Under the pieces are notes generated by a model. That model made no database searches and was not told the DNA's origin. It was given only the letters and a program-made list of their open reading frames with translations. The position numbers were made by a program, and so were the translations under genes. Shown piece after piece: positions 1 through 12,086 of a stretch of DNA of 64,000 bases. Position 1 is the first letter of the stretch; each line of letters begins with the position of its first letter. Source of the DNA: Takakia lepidozioides. Lineage: Eukaryota; Plantae; Bryophyta. Location: positions 64,480,001-64,544,000 of the forward strand of contig CM060731.1 of the NCBI GenBank assembly GCA_030704615.1, written 5' to 3'.

Positions 1-1050
1 TATCAGCAAATGCAATGGGAAGGAGTGACACCTGACAAGGTCACACTCATATGTGTGATCAATGCATGCGCTTGCCTGGGATCTGTTGAAAGGGGTAAGC
101 AGGTCCATGCTGACATCATTAACGCTGGAGTTGCTTTAGATATTCATCTGGAGACAAGCCTTGTTGACATGTATGCCAAATGTGGGAGCTTAAGGGATGC
201 GCGCGAAGTGTTTGACCATATGGTTGAGCGAAATGTGGTCTCATGGAGTGCGATGCTCACAGGTTATGCCCATTGTGGGTGTGGTAGAGAGGCTTTTGAA
301 TTATATGAGCAAATGCAACTACAGGGGGTGACCCCTAACGCGGTCACTTTCATTTCTATCCTCAATGCATGTGCCAGCCTGGGTGCCCGGGACAAGGCCA
401 AGCAGGTCCATGGCGAAATCATCAAAGCTGGAGTTCCATCACATATTAATTTGGAGAATACCCTTGTTTACATGTATGCGAAATGCGGCAGCGTACCGGA
501 TGCACGTCAAGTATTTGACAATATTGCTAAACGGGATGTGGTGTCATGGAATTCGATGATCACAGGATATGCTCAGCATGGGTATGGTAAAGAGGCCCTC
601 CGACTATTTGAGCAAATGAAACATGAAGGATTGACACCAAACGGTATAACCTTCACTTCTGTTCTCTCCGCATGCGGCCATGTGGGGCTAGTGGATGAAG
701 GCCATCACTACTTTAATTCCATGACTCGAGATCATGGTCTCAAACCTACGGTGGAGCATTTTGGCTGCATGGTAGACCTTCTTGGCCGTGCAGGGCGATT
801 GGACGAGGCAGAGGAACTTATCATGAAGATGCCAATGAGACCAGATGCTTCGGTGTGGGTCTCCTTGCTTGGAGCCTGTAGAATCCATGGTGGTGTTGAG
901 GTAGCGGAACGTGCAGCAACATGTATGCTCAGGTGGGATTCACATCACCCTGCAGCTTATGTGCTGCTATCGAACATCTATGCTGCGGCTGGCAGGTGGG
1001 ACGATGCAGCAAAGGTGAGAAATATGATGGAGGACAGAGGTGGCCTATGA
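1..1050 (+). CDS. PLS-class pentatricopeptide repeat (PPR) protein with E domain, 5'-partial (frame open at window start)
   Basis: Repeated P-L-S motifs (SLVDMYAKCGSLRDAREVFDHM, VVSWNSMITGYAQHG, GVTPNAVTF), then HFGCMVDLLGRAG and the E-domain WVSLLGAC...YVLLSNIYAAAGRW. Stop follows MMEDRGGL. Confidence 0.95.
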   Translation, partial: YQQMQWEGVTPDKVTLICVINACACLGSVERGKQVHADIINAGVALDIHLETSLVDMYAKCGSLRDAREVFDHMVERNVVSWSAMLTGYAHCGCGREAFELYEQMQLQGVTPNAVTFISILNACASLGARDKAKQVHGEIIKAGVPSHINLENTLVYMYAKCGSVPDARQVFDNIAKRDVVSWNSMITGYAQHGYGKEALRLFEQMKHEGLTPNGITFTSVLSACGHVGLVDEGHHYFNSMTRDHGLKPTVEHFGCMVDLLGRAGRLDEAEELIMKMPMRPDASVWVSLLGACRIHGGVEVAERAATCMLRWDSHHPAAYVLLSNIYAAAGRWDDAAKVRNMMEDRGGL

Positions 1051-4000
1051 GTGGAATTTGCAAGCAAGCACTGCAGCTCTGCTTCGCATGAATCTAATTG
1101 GAGACCTACTTAAGACCTATTTGATCACATCCTAAGGAAGTACTGGTGGCCACCACAAAGAGGTACAAGGTCAATGGATATGCACGCGGAGGCTTCTATG
1201 AATGTGGACAAGTATTTCCCTTTCAACTTTCAAAGTTGGTCTGGTGATAGTTGGTCAATTGTTTAAACCCTGAATCTTTCCATTACGTTCCTCAGGTCCC
1301 TTCCTCCTCCTGCTGCACTCCTTTCTTTTTCTGCTGTTCGTGCGCATTTGTCACAACTTGGCCTTGTTGCCTTTACCTCCAATGTTTTGTTTTTCTTTTA
1401 GTCTGATAGTTGGTTGGAAGCTAACCACCAGTGGGATTGACCTAAAATGTTCCCAGCAGGTTGCTTCGAAAAGTGAGGTCTGCCATTTTCAAACATGGAT
1501 AAATTTGCTATAAATGCTGAAGTTTTATGATGGTTTGCTGTTGTGTGGGATCCTTGAAGGTACTCTTGGTTTCTGCTCTCCTCAGTTGAAAGCCTTCTCC
1601 ATTTTGTTCAAATTGTCAAAACTTTGAAACAAAGCCAAGATTACAATTATGTCCCTTCAACATTTCAGGGCTGTTGCAGACCATCACTCCTCATCTCTAC
1701 CATTTTACCTCGTATGGGTTAAAAAGCAACAAAGCAAAAACAAGGTGGACTCCTGCTGAAGCAAGTGTAATTTATGGTGTCTCTTCCACCCGAGAAGGCT
1801 ACGGTGAAATTGGATGGACATAAAGCAATGTCTTCGACACCTGGACATGTGGCAGGATGCCTTATCAAGTGGGATCCACAGCCACTACAAGTGGACAAAT
1901 GCAGCATTCTCCTTCGGTAGTTTGGCCAGTGCAGCGAGGCATTCTTAAGACCGAGCTTTAATTCTAGTATCTGTGGGCTTTCCATGCGAACCAAGTGAGT
2001 TAAGATGTCCCATTACTTGACTGGTTCATTTGAGGAGAGATTTGCAATGGTTTGTGCAGATTGCAAGGAGACTCATCACACAATCCAGAGAAGGGGCACC
2101 AGTGTGCCTGATATTACTGACTTTATCACTGCATGTGGAATGTATGCAGTGAGTCTGTACTTACCTTAGCTTCATTGTGTTCCTCACAAGTATGAGGCAC
2201 TGTATGTGGGCTCCACTTATTTTGAGCATGTCCAAAACAGATGTTCATAGATGTTCATAGATGTTCCGCCGTCATTTATCTGTCTATGTCCGATCCTTTG
2301 GGCCTCCTTGTGCTTCTATCTCTGGACAAGGCTGTGACAGTCCATAACCTTCAAAATGGTTGCTTGGTAACATCAGGTGCAGTGAGAGACATGTGAAGAG
2401 TCTTGAGGGACGTTAACATTGAGAATCAGGTGGATGTGTGGGACAGGGTGCACCTTACGGGCTTGAGCACATCAGTCAGTGCATACATATCCTGCTAAAC
2501 TGTACCATACAATGACTGTCTCAATTCATGTCGAACCAGGTGTAGATACCCTCTCAGGGTAATCTGGAGTTGGTGGAGCAAAGACATGGATTAGAGAGTG
2601 TGCCAGCTATGATGCCACGAGAGAAGCAGGACAGTGGGACTTGAGAATTTCTTGAATGCACAGTACCACTGCGTGATAATGCTCGTGAAGCCATATTCAC
2701 CAAACACTCATGGACGGCACACCCCACTGTCAATCCTCTCATGCAAGGGAGGGCAAGTCATCAATGCTGGCGGGGATTGTGCTGCATTGTAGTGAGTGAG
2801 CCGGCTGCTCGGAGAGATTGATTGTTTAGGGCCAGCCGTGATTTTAATGTGTTAACGCCTATTGTCGAGAGCTCTCAAATTCAAGTTGATTAGTTTGTAT
2901 ATTAACCAACCACAGCTCCAAACGTGAGAATTGAGCTCGGTTCTGCAATCACGGTAATCAGATATAGGCTTTTTTGGTTGTGCCAGGGTATTTAAACCAA
3001 ACTTGCCCAGGCATGAAGGGAGTACCTCTCGACACTTCAGGAGTCGCCTAGTGTTGATGAGGGTAATCCCACACGTCTTTGCTGAAGTTGAAGGCTTCTG
3101 GGCTACCTGGCCACAGACAACGCACATAATGCCAACTTTGGCTCCAAACGGGAAGTTGGCTCCAACTTCAAAGCCTGGCAGTGAACCCAGAACTTTGGGC
3201 AAGGAGTGCTTGGAAATCTGGCAAGAACTTGATGAAAGGACTTCCTGGAGTGACCCGCGATTGGTTGTAGTGCAATCTGCCAAGTCGAACTGCAAGCCTT
3301 GGACTGCTTGCCATCCAATCCAGGCAAATTCCAGTTGGAAGTTTGGTGCTAAAGCTGGCAGCTGGCAGTGTAATTCAAGCTGGAACTTAAACCAGGTTTT
3401 GAGGATATGTATTGCCTTCTCTATGAAGATCTTGGTTTTCTTGTGATGCTTCTCTGTGCAAAAGAGTGGCAATGGGAGACCACAATCTTCCACAAACATT
3501 TCATTGGAAGTTCGATTGAGGACAATGAACGTCAAACGTTCCTTATGGCCCACGCATGTGAGGGATTGGCTCGAGGAAACTGTCCTTAAAGTATAGCCTG
3601 TCAGTTAGTTGGAATATCTCCAAGAGTCAGCAAAGGTTTGTTGAATCAGACCTTTCAACTTTTTTGATACTTGGAAAGGCAAGCAAGTAAACTCCTAGTT
3701 GTAAGAACTAAGAACTTCAAGATGTTTCTATTCATCAGTCTACATTGTTCAAGAGCATACTCCAAGTCCTTTGTGCCTTACTTACATATTGTGCTGATGT
3801 TTGCTGTATCTGGACGCAATCTGAACTCTTCATGCCTACCTTGAAATAGGTAGATGGGTACATGGACTTACTTGTACTATGACCTCCTAGGGGCTCAAGT
3901 ATGCCCACATGGAGTTTTTGAGTTTCCAGAATTGCTTCAAAGAACCAATCCCCTAACTGCTGAGCTGTGACTTTGTCTCATAGCTGCAAATTTGATTTCT

Positions 4001-4499
4001 ATATAAGTAGTTTCTAATAGAAGCATTCTAAGCATGAGTCTTTGGAGGCTTCTACTGTACTTCTGGAAACTGGGAAGGACCTTTTGGTCAAAGCCTGCAT
4101 ATTCAAAAACTGTGTTTTGCAGAACTTGTGAGGTTTATATGTAAATGCTAGTGTCCAGAGAGAGAAGACTCCGGCTTAACTAAGAGAACTAAGAGCCTCT
4201 GCTAGTGTCATTGAACGTCTCTATGATGTCGTTAAACGAAACATTACTAGATCAAAATGATGTAAGAGTGCACAAGTCATCACATGACTAAATCAAACTC
4301 TCCATCATGCGAAAACACTGTAATTTACAACCAACCTGTCTTTGCACATGGATTCGAAATCCGAGGACTGATAATCGAAAGTCGGCGAAGCCATACCAGA
4401 CCCACTCAAGCAGGACACAGTCTCCATAAGTACTGATCCACATGATCCACCACCGCAGTAACGCCTTTTACTGGTGAAAACACCGACACTCCCTCTGAG

Positions 4500-7400
4500 C
4501 AGCTTCTGGACCTTGAGGGTTCAATTTTGAGGAGCTTCCATCCATGGCACACGTGGGAGGTGCTCGAGGTTCAGAGGGAGTTGACAGTAGGGTGGGGATT
4601 CTTCTCGGGTTGAGGAGGTCCTCAAGGATGAGATGATGGGGCATGATAAGGCCTTGTCATTGACTGAGCAGGCAGGGAAAACTGCTCACACTACAACAGA
4701 TCGCGGTATTTATGACTATATATATGACTAATCTGCAGTCATAAATGGTACATATGACTTCTATGACTGTAAGTCGTGCAAACCAAGTCAATACAAATGA
4801 GTACAGGATGGTACGGTCCGGATGACTACAGTCAGATGAACCAAGTAACATCTCTCACTGCAGTCATATATACCATACTGCAGCCGCCGCTGCCGCGCCA
4901 CGTGGTGAGGCGCAATTGATTTAAAAAATTAAATTTAATTTAAAAAAACAAAAAACAAAAACATATGTCAAACGCCGCGTCTCACCGCATTGTGCCACGT
5001 GGCATAATGCATTTTATAATAATGAAAAAACCATGTGGCAGTCCATCTAGGGTACCACGTGCTATCCCTAGCTTGCCTACTAACCGTAGGGCCATCTTAT
5101 CCATTTGATTGTACTTAGAGGAGTTTGAATCTGCAACCTCTTTACTATAAGAATTATAGTTCACTACCTGTTATCCAATACACCCATTAGTCATTCATAT
5201 GATCATATGGTGTTTTAATTGTATTATACACACCAAATTACAAAATCCCCAGTAGTCATCATGACTATGTAACCTCATCCATATACACTGTAGTCATGGA
5301 AATGACTATGAATGGTGAGCTAAATCTGGTCAATTGTCGTTGACCAACCTTCTGCCCATTCCGGAGCCATGTAGTCACACAGACAACTACTTAGATAGTC
5401 GTTCATATAACTACAATCGTATGAACGACTGCGGGAGGTCAATTTCATATAAAAACATGGTCAAAGTCATGGTCAAAGTCATGAAAACCATGACTACCAC
5501 GGTTTGGCAGTCATAACTACCGCGATCTGTTGTAGTGTCTCGAGGTTGTGGCATAGCAACCACGGGACGCGTCTCCTACCTCTAAGTCTGCTGGACTTAA
5601 GGTTGCAATTACGGAGGACAATTGGGAGCCTGACATTGGACCCATTGTCACTGGAGGATAGAGACAACGTATACGGCGGTTCCTGAGGGCTTACGGGAAT
5701 TGTTTTGCCTTCAGTTTGAAGGATTTGGGAGCACTGAAAGGTCAGGAGATTCATATTGAGTTGGCTACGGACACGCCAATCTTTCGGAGACCCTATAGAT
5801 ACAATGACATGGAGAGGTCTTTGATTCAGATGAGGACTCAAGATCTCTGGGGGCTGGTTTGGTGGAGCTCTCTAGTGGAGAGTATGCTTCAGTCATAGTG
5901 ATGCCAGCCAAGAAGGATGTCTATGGCAAATGGACGGAGAGACGTATGTGCGGTGATTACCGGCCTGTAAATCGTCAGACCAAGTCCGATAAGTATGTCA
6001 TGCCCACACCGGAGGAGATCTTTGATCCCATTGGGCATGCCAAGGTCTTTAGCACTTTGGACTTGCGGTCCAGATATCACCAGTTGCCGATCAAGGAGGC
6101 GGACAAGCAAAAAATGACATTCTGGGGGATCAATGAGCACGAGAAGGATTGCCTATATCAGTGGCGGTTCTTACCATTCGGCCTTAAGAACGCTCCTGCA
6201 GAGTTCCAGAGAGTTATGGACATGATTCTAGCAGGGGTAGACTTTGCTCGGTACTACATATATGACATCATCTTCTTTAGTGCTACGGTGGAGGAGCACG
6301 AGAGACACCTTCAGGTGGTGTTTGAGCGCTTGAGAGCGCACGGATTGAAATTACATCCGGGGAAGTGCAAGTTCTTCCACAACCAGATTGAGTATCTGGG
6401 CCACATGATATATCCTGGAGGATTGGGGATGCAACAGACTAAGGTAGAGGCCATTGCACAGATTCCACGTCCCACGGATGTGAGCCTAGTTCGAGCTTTC
6501 ATGGGGTTGACAAACTACTATAGACGGTTTATCAAGGGATTTAGTGCTATTGCAAAGGCTCTAACCAAGCTGACCAAGGTAGACCAGGAGTGGCAGTGGG
6601 AAGATGAGCAAGAGCGAGCTTTTCATGAGCTCAAGGCGAGATTGACCTCGGTGCCGATCTTGAGATGACCTATCAAGGGGCGTCCATTTCAGGTGCATAC
6701 AGATTGGAGCATGCTGGGGCTTGGAGCGGTGCTCACGCAGGTGGATGATGAGGGAAGAGAGTTCATAGTGGCTTATGCTAGCCGCTCGAACAACGCTGCA
6801 GAGTCTAAGTATAGCTCATATGAAGGGGAGTGCTTAGCTGCAGTGTGGGCCGTGGCACACTTCAGGTGCTATCTATATGACAATCTCTTCACTTTTGTCA
6901 CGGATCACCAGCCACTCAAGTGGTTAATGGAGTCAGACAAGCTTACGGGAAGCTTGCACGGTGGGCACTTATACTCCAAGAGTATGACTTTCAGATTGTG
7001 CATCGACCGGGTTTGGTCAATAGGGATGCGGATGGATTGAGTCGTAATCCATGCACGAGCCAGCAGGATGACATTGGAGCTCGGTGGCATGGTGAGACGG
7101 ACGAGGAGATGGTGCCGGGATGACATGCATCTGCCTTTTTGTGTATCTTAGCATCGGGAGGTCAGATTGGACCTACAACAGGGATGACTGTAGACGGAGT
7201 GTCTGAGGACCCTGAGGCTAGTGATGAGCCAGGTGGTGCTAGAGATATACATGAGGATTTGGTTGTGTTGGACTACCTCCGCACTGGAGACATGGCAGCT
7301 AGTGTGACTGCCAAGGAGAGGGATCGGATCCTGCAACGAGCCAAGAGGTTCAAGTGGGAGGGGATACACCTGCTTCGAGTGTGGGAGGATGGTCGGGTGA

Positions 7401-8228
7401 GGATACCGAGACACATTGAGGTATGTCACTATACGTGGAGGGGGATATCGGCCAGGTGTTCGGCGTTTCCACCCTGGGGACTATGTGTATTTGCAGCAGA
7501 CAGCGCCTACGACCTTGGATGTCACAGTAGGACGTGTGATTCTAAGGGTCAGGGAGGTGTTGCCCTCAGGAGTGTTGATTCTGGAGGGTCGAGATGGCAT
7601 GGTATGGAAGGACCATGTGCGTAATTGTGCGCCATGTCACCTTCCACATGTGGATGGGAGGATCCCACCCTTGCAGTGGTACCTGCAGAGTTGCGTTGCA
7701 TGCTATGTGGGCATGCTCGTGGTGCCACCACTATGTTGGTGTGTGATCGATGCTCAAGAGGTTGGCACATGGGATGCTTGACACCACCTCTTGAGAGGGT
7801 TCCTAATGGAAATTGGTTATGTCCACAGTGCTTGGGATAGTGACACTGGATATGACTAGTGGCAGCTAACAAGACATGGGAGGCCAAGCTCATAGGAGTC
7901 AATACCCGAGATCTTAGGCTCAAGTTCACAGGTTGCAAGACGGCGACTAACGATGGGGCAACTCTTGTACCCAGCCTCTTGATCTATCGAGTTTGAGTGT
8001 AGTAGGGACAGTGGTGGAGGACTTAGTGAGGCTATGGCCACTATCACATCTTGTGGCTACCTGGACTTAGATGGACCTAAGCGCCAGCTAGGGGGGCGAT
8101 TCTGATGGACTAGTGGCTGCACTAGTGGTGGCTAGTGGCAGACTAGTGGTTGGACGGTGTGCACATGTGTTGTGTAATTTTGGACAGCGATGTAGTTGTG
8201 TAGCGATATGTATGCGCACGACAGCTGC
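4500..8228 (+). mobile_element. Decayed Ty3/Gypsy LTR retrotransposon, copy A (linker-RT-RNaseH-deleted integrase-PHD-PPT-partial 3' LTR)
   Basis: RT (RMCGDYRPVN, LPFGLKNAP, YIYDII) at 5859-6668; RNase H (TDWS..GLGAVL, YSSYEGECLA, TDHQPL) at 6690-7050; integrase C-terminus at ~7406-7630; PHD finger at ~7695-7832; purine tract AGGGGGGCG at ~8090-8098. Stops and frameshifts are present. Colinear with copy B. Confidence 0.92.
4689..5537. mobile_element. Non-autonomous CACTA (En/Spm) element inserted in retrotransposon copy A
   Basis: 20-bp terminal inverted repeat CACTACAACAGATCGCGGTA at 4689, reverse complement ending at 5537. Flanks TCA/TCT form a 3-bp TSD with one mismatch. Many subterminal ATGACTA/TAGTCAT motifs and no coding capacity. 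Confidence 0.9.
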
Positions 8229-8229
8229 T

Positions 8230-8615
8230 TAGTTAGTGACCATATCATCAAGTATTTCTCAGGGCGAAATTCACCGCTGCTTAGTATGTGACCATATCAC
8301 CAAGTATTTCTCAGTGCGAAATTCACCGCTGCTTAGTTTATGCCCATATCACCAAGTATTTCTCAATGCGAAATTCACTGCTGTCACTACAGGTTTAGGG
8401 TTTTTGGCAACACTACTGAAGGTTTTGCCTCGCTGAATTGGCACAGATGTACTGTACAAATGCACCAGCCCTCTTATTCCCGCTTATGATTTCATTCCGT
8501 TTTAAAAACATATAACTTCTATGACCGAGGTTTAAGAACATAAAACTATCATGATCGTGTGTGGGTTGTGCTCACGTGAGCATGCTCACGATGTGCTCAC
8601 ATTATACCAACCCCC
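8230..8615 (-). mobile_element. Truncated end of a MULE-like non-autonomous element, inverted relative to the adjacent copy, with three ~52-bp tandem units
   Basis: 8290-8615 is the diverged reverse complement of ~8642-8910. The unit CCATATCAyCAAGTATTTCTCA..GCGAAATTCAC.GCTG occurs three times at 8237-8385. Confidence 0.7.
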
Positions 8616-8641
8616 AGAAATCCTGGTTGGGTCTTTACTGG

Positions 8642-11600
8642 GGGGTTGGTATTGCATGAGCACAGCGTGAGCACAACCCACGGTCATGGGAGTTTTATGA
8701 TTTTTTAACCTCGGTCATAGGAGTTATATGTTTTCAGATGGAATAAGCGGATATAGAGGACTGGTGCATTTATACGGTACATCTGCACCAATCCAGGGAG
8801 GCGAAACCTTTAGTAGTGTAGCGAGAAACCCTAAACCTTTAGCGGTGGCGGCGAGTTTCGCATTGAGAAATACTTGGTGACATGGGCACAAACCTAAGCA
8901 GCAGTGGGTTTCGAATTGAGGTAAGAGAACCTTAAAAGAAAAAATATCGCAACAATTTCGTGGAACGAAAACAAAATAGTTGCAGTTGAGACAAAATACA
9001 ATTCTATGCTATTAACATGTGATGCTAAATATAACTTGAAAAAATAAATTTGTTCCCTCGTCCAAAAATACACTAAACACACAATAAGCAGAAAATATAG
9101 CGATATTGATTGAAATGATTTACATGACAATAGACAGAATAACAAATGATGATACTTTCGCTTATTGAAGTTTCATTTAGGAATGAAGTTAATATGTACA
9201 TCTGTCATTTAGATCATCAATAAAACCAGGATATTTCTTTTTGTGCCATGAATTTTAGCACAGTATCTGAGAAGGTCTGAGATTGTTTCGCTTTGATAAC
9301 ATCAATGTCGACAATTTTTAGTAATGAATTCAAAGATTGAAAAAGGTTTCTCAACACGAAACTCTTGTTTGTCAGTGAATTTATTCAAAACACTACCGTT
9401 TGAATACATATGGAGAGATATGAACTAAAGATTTGAAATACTTCGCCGTAACAAAAGAGTGTTTCAACACGAAACTCTTATCCGACTGTGGTTGTGTACA
9501 AAAACCTACATACTTTTGAAACAATATGGAGGGATACAAATTAAGGGATTTGAACTCATTAAAAAAAACGTTTCTCAACACGAAACTCTTGTCTGACAGT
9601 GTTATGGTTTAAGAATCTGCTTGCTTTAGAACCAATATGGAGGGATATGAACTGCTAGTTTGGCGTAGCAAAAGAGTTTCTCAACACGAAACTCTTCTCT
9701 AACAATGTTTTTGTTCAAAAACCTGCATGCATTTAGAACAATAAGGAATAATATTAAGTGAGGGATTTAAACTATTTCGCCTTAACAAAAGAGTTTCTCA
9801 ACACGAAACTTGCGTCTAACATTGTTTTGGTTCAAAAGCATGCACAAAAGAATGGATCATTTTGAACCAATATGAGAGATATAAACGGAGGGATTTGACT
9901 CGCTTCGCCGTGACAAAAGAGTTGACCGAGGGAGTTGAACCAATATGGAGGGACATGGATCGAGGGAGTTGAATTGCTTCACCTTAACGGAAGAATTTCT
10001 CAACACGAAACTCTTCCGTGACAGTGTTTTTGTTCAAAAACCTGCACGCTTTTGAACCAATATGGACGGACATGGACCGAGGGAGTTGAATTGCTTCGCC
10101 ATAACAAAAGAGTTTCTCAATACGAAACTATTCTCTGATAGTGTTTTTGTTCATTTAACCAATATGGAGGGACATGGACCGAGAGAGTTGAATTGTTTCG
10201 CCATAACAATAGAATTTCAACACGAAACTCTTCTCTAACAGTGTTTTAGTTCAAAAACCTACACATTTTTTAACCAATATAGAGGGACATGGACCGAGGG
10301 AGTTGAATTGCTCTGCCATAACAAAAGAGTTTCTCAACACGAAGCTCTTCTCTGATAGTGTTTTTGTTCAAAAACCTTCAAGTTTTTTAACCAATATGGA
10401 GGGAGATGGACTCAAGGATTTGAGTTGCTTCGCCATAACAAAAGAGTTTCCCAACATGAAACTCTTCTCTAACAGTGTTTTTGTTCAAAACCTGCATGCT
10501 TTTGAACCAATATGAAATGATATGAAGTGAGGGATTTGAACTCTTTGTCGTGACAAAAGAGTTTATGAACACGAAACTCTAGGGTGACAGTGATTTTGTT
10601 CAAAAAAATTCCATGCTTTTGAAACAATATGGAGGGATATGAACTAAAGGATTTGAACTCCTTTGCTGTAGCACAAGAGTTTCTCAACATGAAATTCTTG
10701 TCTGAAAGGGGTTTTGTTCAAAAATCTACATTCTTTCCTCAACACGAAACTCTTGTCTGAAAGTGTTTTTGGAGGGATATGAACTGAGGGATTTGAACTG
10801 CTTGGTCATAACAAAAGAGTATTTTAACACGAAACTCTTGTCTGATAGTGTATTTGTTCAAAAACCAGCATGCTTTTGAGACAATATGGAGGGATATGAA
10901 TCGAGGGAATTGAACTGCTTTACTGTAACAAAAGAGTTTATCAACAAGAAACTCATGTATGACATTGTTCTTGTTCAAAAACTTGCATGCTGTTGAACCA
11001 ATATTGAGAGATATCAACTGAGGGATTTGAATTGCTTCGTCGTAACAAAAGAGTTTTTCAACACGAAACTCTAGTCTGACAGTGTATCTGTTCAAAAACA
11101 TGTGGGATTTTCTCTGGGCATCTCAAGAATATGTTTCATATTTTTTCATGTTTGTGAGCATCATAACTGCACGATACCCAACCTCTCTTCAGGGATCAAA
11201 GTTTCACACTGCAAATGCATATCTCAATATGTAATTGTACTAGTTGTTAGGGGAGAGAGTTTCGCTTTGTAAAAATATACATGGTAGGGCCTTTAAAAAT
11301 GACATATTCATCATTTCAATTACAGTGTGACTTCTTCTCAGGCTGGTTGGTACAAAGTTTCGCCGTGCGAAATTATCAATGGGCGATGATTTTAAATTTA
11401 AGGTCACCACCCGTTCTCATGCCTATTATGAAAAGGGCCTAGTATCGTATGAGCACAACGTGAGAAAAAACCACGCTTATAGGGTAACATGTTCATTAGG
11501 TATAGGGGAGCATACTTGTTCTTTATGTGTTAGTTTTGCAAAATTATTAGTTTTGCCAAATCCGTTACGCTGTGGAAATTTCGTGGAAATTCGGGGAATA

Positions 11601-11644
11601 TGCCCTTGTGCTCACATGAGCATGCTCACGCCCTACCTAACCTC
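8642..11644. mobile_element. Non-autonomous Mutator-like (MULE) element, ~3.0 kb
   Basis: Flanked by direct repeat GTCTTTACTG(G) at 8631-8641 and 11645-11655 (10-11-bp TSD). Imperfect G-starting TIRs: GGGGTTGGTA..TGAGCAC..GTGAGCACAA versus reverse complement GAGGTTAGGTA..GTGAGCAT..GTGAGCACAA. Confidence 0.75.
9330..11100. repeat. Tandem array of ~15-16 diverged ~118-bp units inside the MULE-like element
   Basis: Recurring ACCAATATGGAGGG...ACAAAAGAGTTTCTCAACACGAAACTCTT...GTGTTTTTGTTCAAAAACC at about 115-120-bp spacing, with some partial units. Confidence 0.93.
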
Positions 11645-11867
11645 GTCTTTACTGGAGGGAAAAGAATTAAAACCCGTCATATGCAAAGATAGAAACATAG
11701 AAACCAGCACGACGAAGGAGTCAAAGTGAAGCCTGCGAGTTCGCGAGGAAGCCAATGGGAGGGGCAAGAGTCGGGCTCACTGCCTTGAACATGCAATTTA
11801 TAAAACTAGTATAGGTATGTGTAAAAAAGAAAATATAGATGTAAATAATCATGTTTTTTTAATTAAA

Positions 11868-12056
11868 GGGAAACACCTAGGAGTGACAGCTCACAAATCA
11901 GGCCCCTTAATCATGGTGACTCGAGGAGAAAATAACCTCTTTCACATAGTAACCTCGCATGGGACACCGCCCAAGGAAAGGGGGAGGAAAACACGAGGTA
12001 GCAGGCTGACCCTAGAACCATATGGGTGACACTCAGTGCACTATCCAACTGAGCTA
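11868..12056 (-). mobile_element. tRNA-derived SINE
   Basis: Minus strand begins TAGCTCAGTTGG (Pol III A box) and ends ...GGCCTGATTTGTGAGC...GGTGTTTCCCTTTAATTAAAAAAA. The tail is shared with copies near 13110, 15314 and 16315. Confidence 0.7.
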
Positions 12057-12086
12057 GTGACTGTTGGTAATCATGTTGATTATCAC

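Noticed and set aside
1700-3600. ORFs 2852-3553 (-) and 3003-3446 (+) and neighbouring coding-like patches
   Set aside because: No recognisable domain or consistent exon structure. Possibly a decayed gene, but unsupported.
9330-11100. Regularly spaced repeats resembling a CRISPR array
   Set aside because: Whole units, including the would-be spacers, are homologous. There are no cas genes and the context is eukaryotic, so it is a tandem satellite.
11990-12056. tRNA gene
   Set aside because: An A box is present but there is no cloverleaf or intact T arm, and it is attached to a dispersed repeat tail, so it is a SINE head.
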